Source: an uncultured Verrucomicrobiae bacterium
GTDB taxonomy: Bacteria > Verrucomicrobiota > Verrucomicrobiia > Chthoniobacterales > UBA10450
DNA: 64,000 bases
Assembly: GCA_963772365.1 (NCBI GenBank)
Contig: CAVYXA010000003.1
Coordinates: 160,001-224,000, forward strand
Direction of reading: 5' to 3'
The translations under genes were made by a program, and so were the position numbers. The first letter of the stretch is position 1, and each line of letters starts with the position of its first letter. The notes under the pieces were generated by a model, which worked only from the letters and a program-made list of their open reading frames with translations, was not told the DNA's origin and did no database searches. Shown here piece after piece: positions 62,201 through 64,000 of the stretch.

Positions 62201-63188
62201 GGGGTGGCGTGAGTTGTTGCCATTGCCGAAAGATGTCGAACCTATTTCGCTAGGCGAAGGCGGGACGCCGCTGTTGCGTGCGCAAAGATTCGGAGAGGAT
62301 GTCGAAGTTTGGATCAAGGATGAATCGCTCAATCCGACCCAAAGCTTCAAAGCGCGCGGGATGAGCGTGGCTGTCTCGATGGCGAAATATCTCGGCGCAA
62401 AGAAACTGGCAGTGCCAAGCGCAGGAAATGCCGGTGGGGCATTCGCTGCTTATGCTGCGCGGGCTGGATTGGAAGCGCACATCTTCATGCCGCGTGATAC
62501 ACCGCGGGCGAACATCATTGAATGCCGCGAGCTAGGTGCGCATGTCGATCTTATCGATGGCTTCATCACCGATTGCGGCGCGGAAATCGCCAGGTACAAA
62601 GAAAAAGAAGGCTGGTTCGAAATGTCCACATTGAAAGAGCCTTATCGTGTGGAGGGAAAGAAAACGCTCGGCTATGAAATTGCCGAGCAGATGAACTGGC
62701 AATTGCCGGACGTGATTCTTTATCCCACCGGCGGCGGGACCGGCCTTATCGGGATGTGGAAAGCGTTCGGCGAAATGGAAAAGCTCGGCTGGATCAGCAG
62801 CAGGCGACCGCGCATGTTTGCCATCCAGGCGAGCGGTTGCGCGCCGATCGTTCGCGCGCTCGAAGCAGGCGAAAAATTTGCCGACGAATTTCCTGGTGCG
62901 CACACGATTGCCTCTGGTCTGCGTGTTCCAAAGGCGGTCGGTGATTTTCTTATTTTGCAGATCTTGCGCGACTCCGGCGGGGAAGCAATTGCGGTTGACG
63001 ATGAGGAGATGATTCGCGTCACGCGTGATGTGGGAGCACAGGAAGGGCTCTTTGTCGCTCCGGAGAGCGCAGCCTGTTTCGCCGCGTTTAAACGCCTTCG
63101 TAATTCCGGCAGGATCGACAGCGGCGAGCGCGTTGTGATTTTTAATACCGGTTCCGGAATCAAGTATCTCGACTGTTACACCCGTTGA
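62025..63188 (+). CDS. thrC: Threonine synthase family PLP enzyme with N-terminal zinc ribbon
   Basis: CxxC..Cxx[49 protein letters not shown]. Confidence 0.85.
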   Translation: MFLSHLECTSCGLGHEWARLQNVCTACGKPLFAIYDLKAVRKLDGLKPSSFKEHEKGLWGWRELLPLPKDVEPISLGEGGTPLLRAQRFGEDVEVWIKDESLNPTQSFKARGMSVAVSMAKYLGAKKLAVPSAGNAGGAFAAYAARAGLEAHIFMPRDTPRANIIECRELGAHVDLIDGFITDCGAEIARYKEKEGWFEMSTLKEPYRVEGKKTLGYEIAEQMNWQLPDVILYPTGGGTGLIGMWKAFGEMEKLGWISSRRPRMFAIQASGCAPIVRALEAGEKFADEFPGAHTIASGLRVPKAVGDFLILQILRDSGGEAIAVDDEEMIRVTRDVGAQEGLFVAPESAACFAAFKRLRNSGRIDSGERVVIFNTGSGIKYLDCYTR

Positions 63189-63193
63189 TTTTA

Positions 63194-63862
63194 TCAGACG
63201 AACGTACTGATCAGATCGAGCTCTTTGCGGTGGATATCGGGAACTTTTGCGTTCGGCGCTGGATGGCCGACGACGAGGAGCAGAAAAGGTTTCTCGTAAG
63301 CAGGCCGATGCAGAATTCGATTTAGAAAAGCCATTGGGCTTGGCGTGTGTGTGAGTGAGACCAGTCCAGTTTCGTGAATTGCGGTGATCAAAAACCCGGT
63401 GGCGATCCCAACCGATTCAGCCGCGTAATAATGTTTCATTTTTCGGCCATCAGACAGGATTTTGTATGGCTGAGAGAAAATCGCGATTAGCCAGGGAGCG
63501 ATTTCCAGGAATGGCTTGTGCCAGTCGGTGCCAAGCGGCGCCAGAGCCTCCAGCCATTCTTTTGGCGCACGATGTTCGTAAAATTCGCATTCCTCCTTTT
63601 CGGCTTCGATGCGAATCTCGCGTTTCGTTGCGGCGTCGCTGATTGCGACGAAGTGCCAAGGCTGCAAATTCGCACCGCTTGGGGCGCTTCCCGCCACACG
63701 CAAACAATCCTGAATGATTTCTCGAGGAACGGGCCGATCCGAAAAATCGCGGACGGTTCGGCGCTTGATCATGAATTCCCGGAATTTTGCGGCTCTTTCG
63801 GCAAGATCGACATCGGAGAGCGGCGGGCCAGGGGGTAACGGAATGTATTTCGGAAACCCCAT
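63194..63862 (-). CDS. Nitroreductase-superfamily flavoprotein, iodotyrosine deiodinase-like
   Basis: RRTVRDFS, APSGANLQPW, E.EFY...W...L.PLGTDWHKPFLE.AP, ESVGIA.G, LTHTP. Confidence 0.8.
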   Translation of the reverse strand: MGFPKYIPLPPGPPLSDVDLAERAAKFREFMIKRRTVRDFSDRPVPREIIQDCLRVAGSAPSGANLQPWHFVAISDAATKREIRIEAEKEECEFYEHRAPKEWLEALAPLGTDWHKPFLEIAPWLIAIFSQPYKILSDGRKMKHYYAAESVGIATGFLITAIHETGLVSLTHTPSPMAFLNRILHRPAYEKPFLLLVVGHPAPNAKVPDIHRKELDLISTFV

Positions 63863-64000
63863 GTCCGTCAGTTTAACCGGTCGGGTGCGGATGCGGGAAG
63901 AAAAGAGCATTCTCTTTTGCTTTGCCAAATCTACGCGTGATGCATTAGAATTCCCGGCCAACCGCCAGACGTGCGGTCCCATTCAATAAATCGAAGCTTA

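Overview
A 64-kb chromosomal window from a Verrucomicrobiota bacterium, most likely Chthoniobacterales (Ca. Udaeobacter-like). This is inferred from a Verru_Chthon pilin-like cassette, a VPDSG-CTERM protein, mqnC and lineage-typical intergenic repeats. The sequence has many 1-bp indels, including in essential genes (lepB, bamA, PBP1A), which look like long-read or consensus errors. Housekeeping genes (hpnD-like, lepB, lepA, skp, bamA, mqnC, hprK-ptsH-ptsI, speA, asnS, threonine synthase) alternate with accessory blocks. No rRNA, tRNA, CRISPR array, integrase or transposase was recognised. The most notable observations are five. (1) A four-gene array (28.5-36.4 kb) encodes secreted beta-propeller proteins with a shared C-terminal beta-rich plus dockerin-like module. 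About 587 bp of that 3' region is identical between two paralogues whose N-terminal loops have diverged. (2) A 3-kb LamG/FG-GAP gene cassette sits between two 236-bp, about 95%-identical copies of the threonine synthase 5' region, with no recombinase. (3) Short palindromic elements appear to lie in frame inside three enzyme genes. (4) A ParE-like toxin gene seems to have its central segment inverted. (5) Several repeat families are nested around a DUF2071 gene. All family assignments come from motif recognition by eye; no database searches were run.
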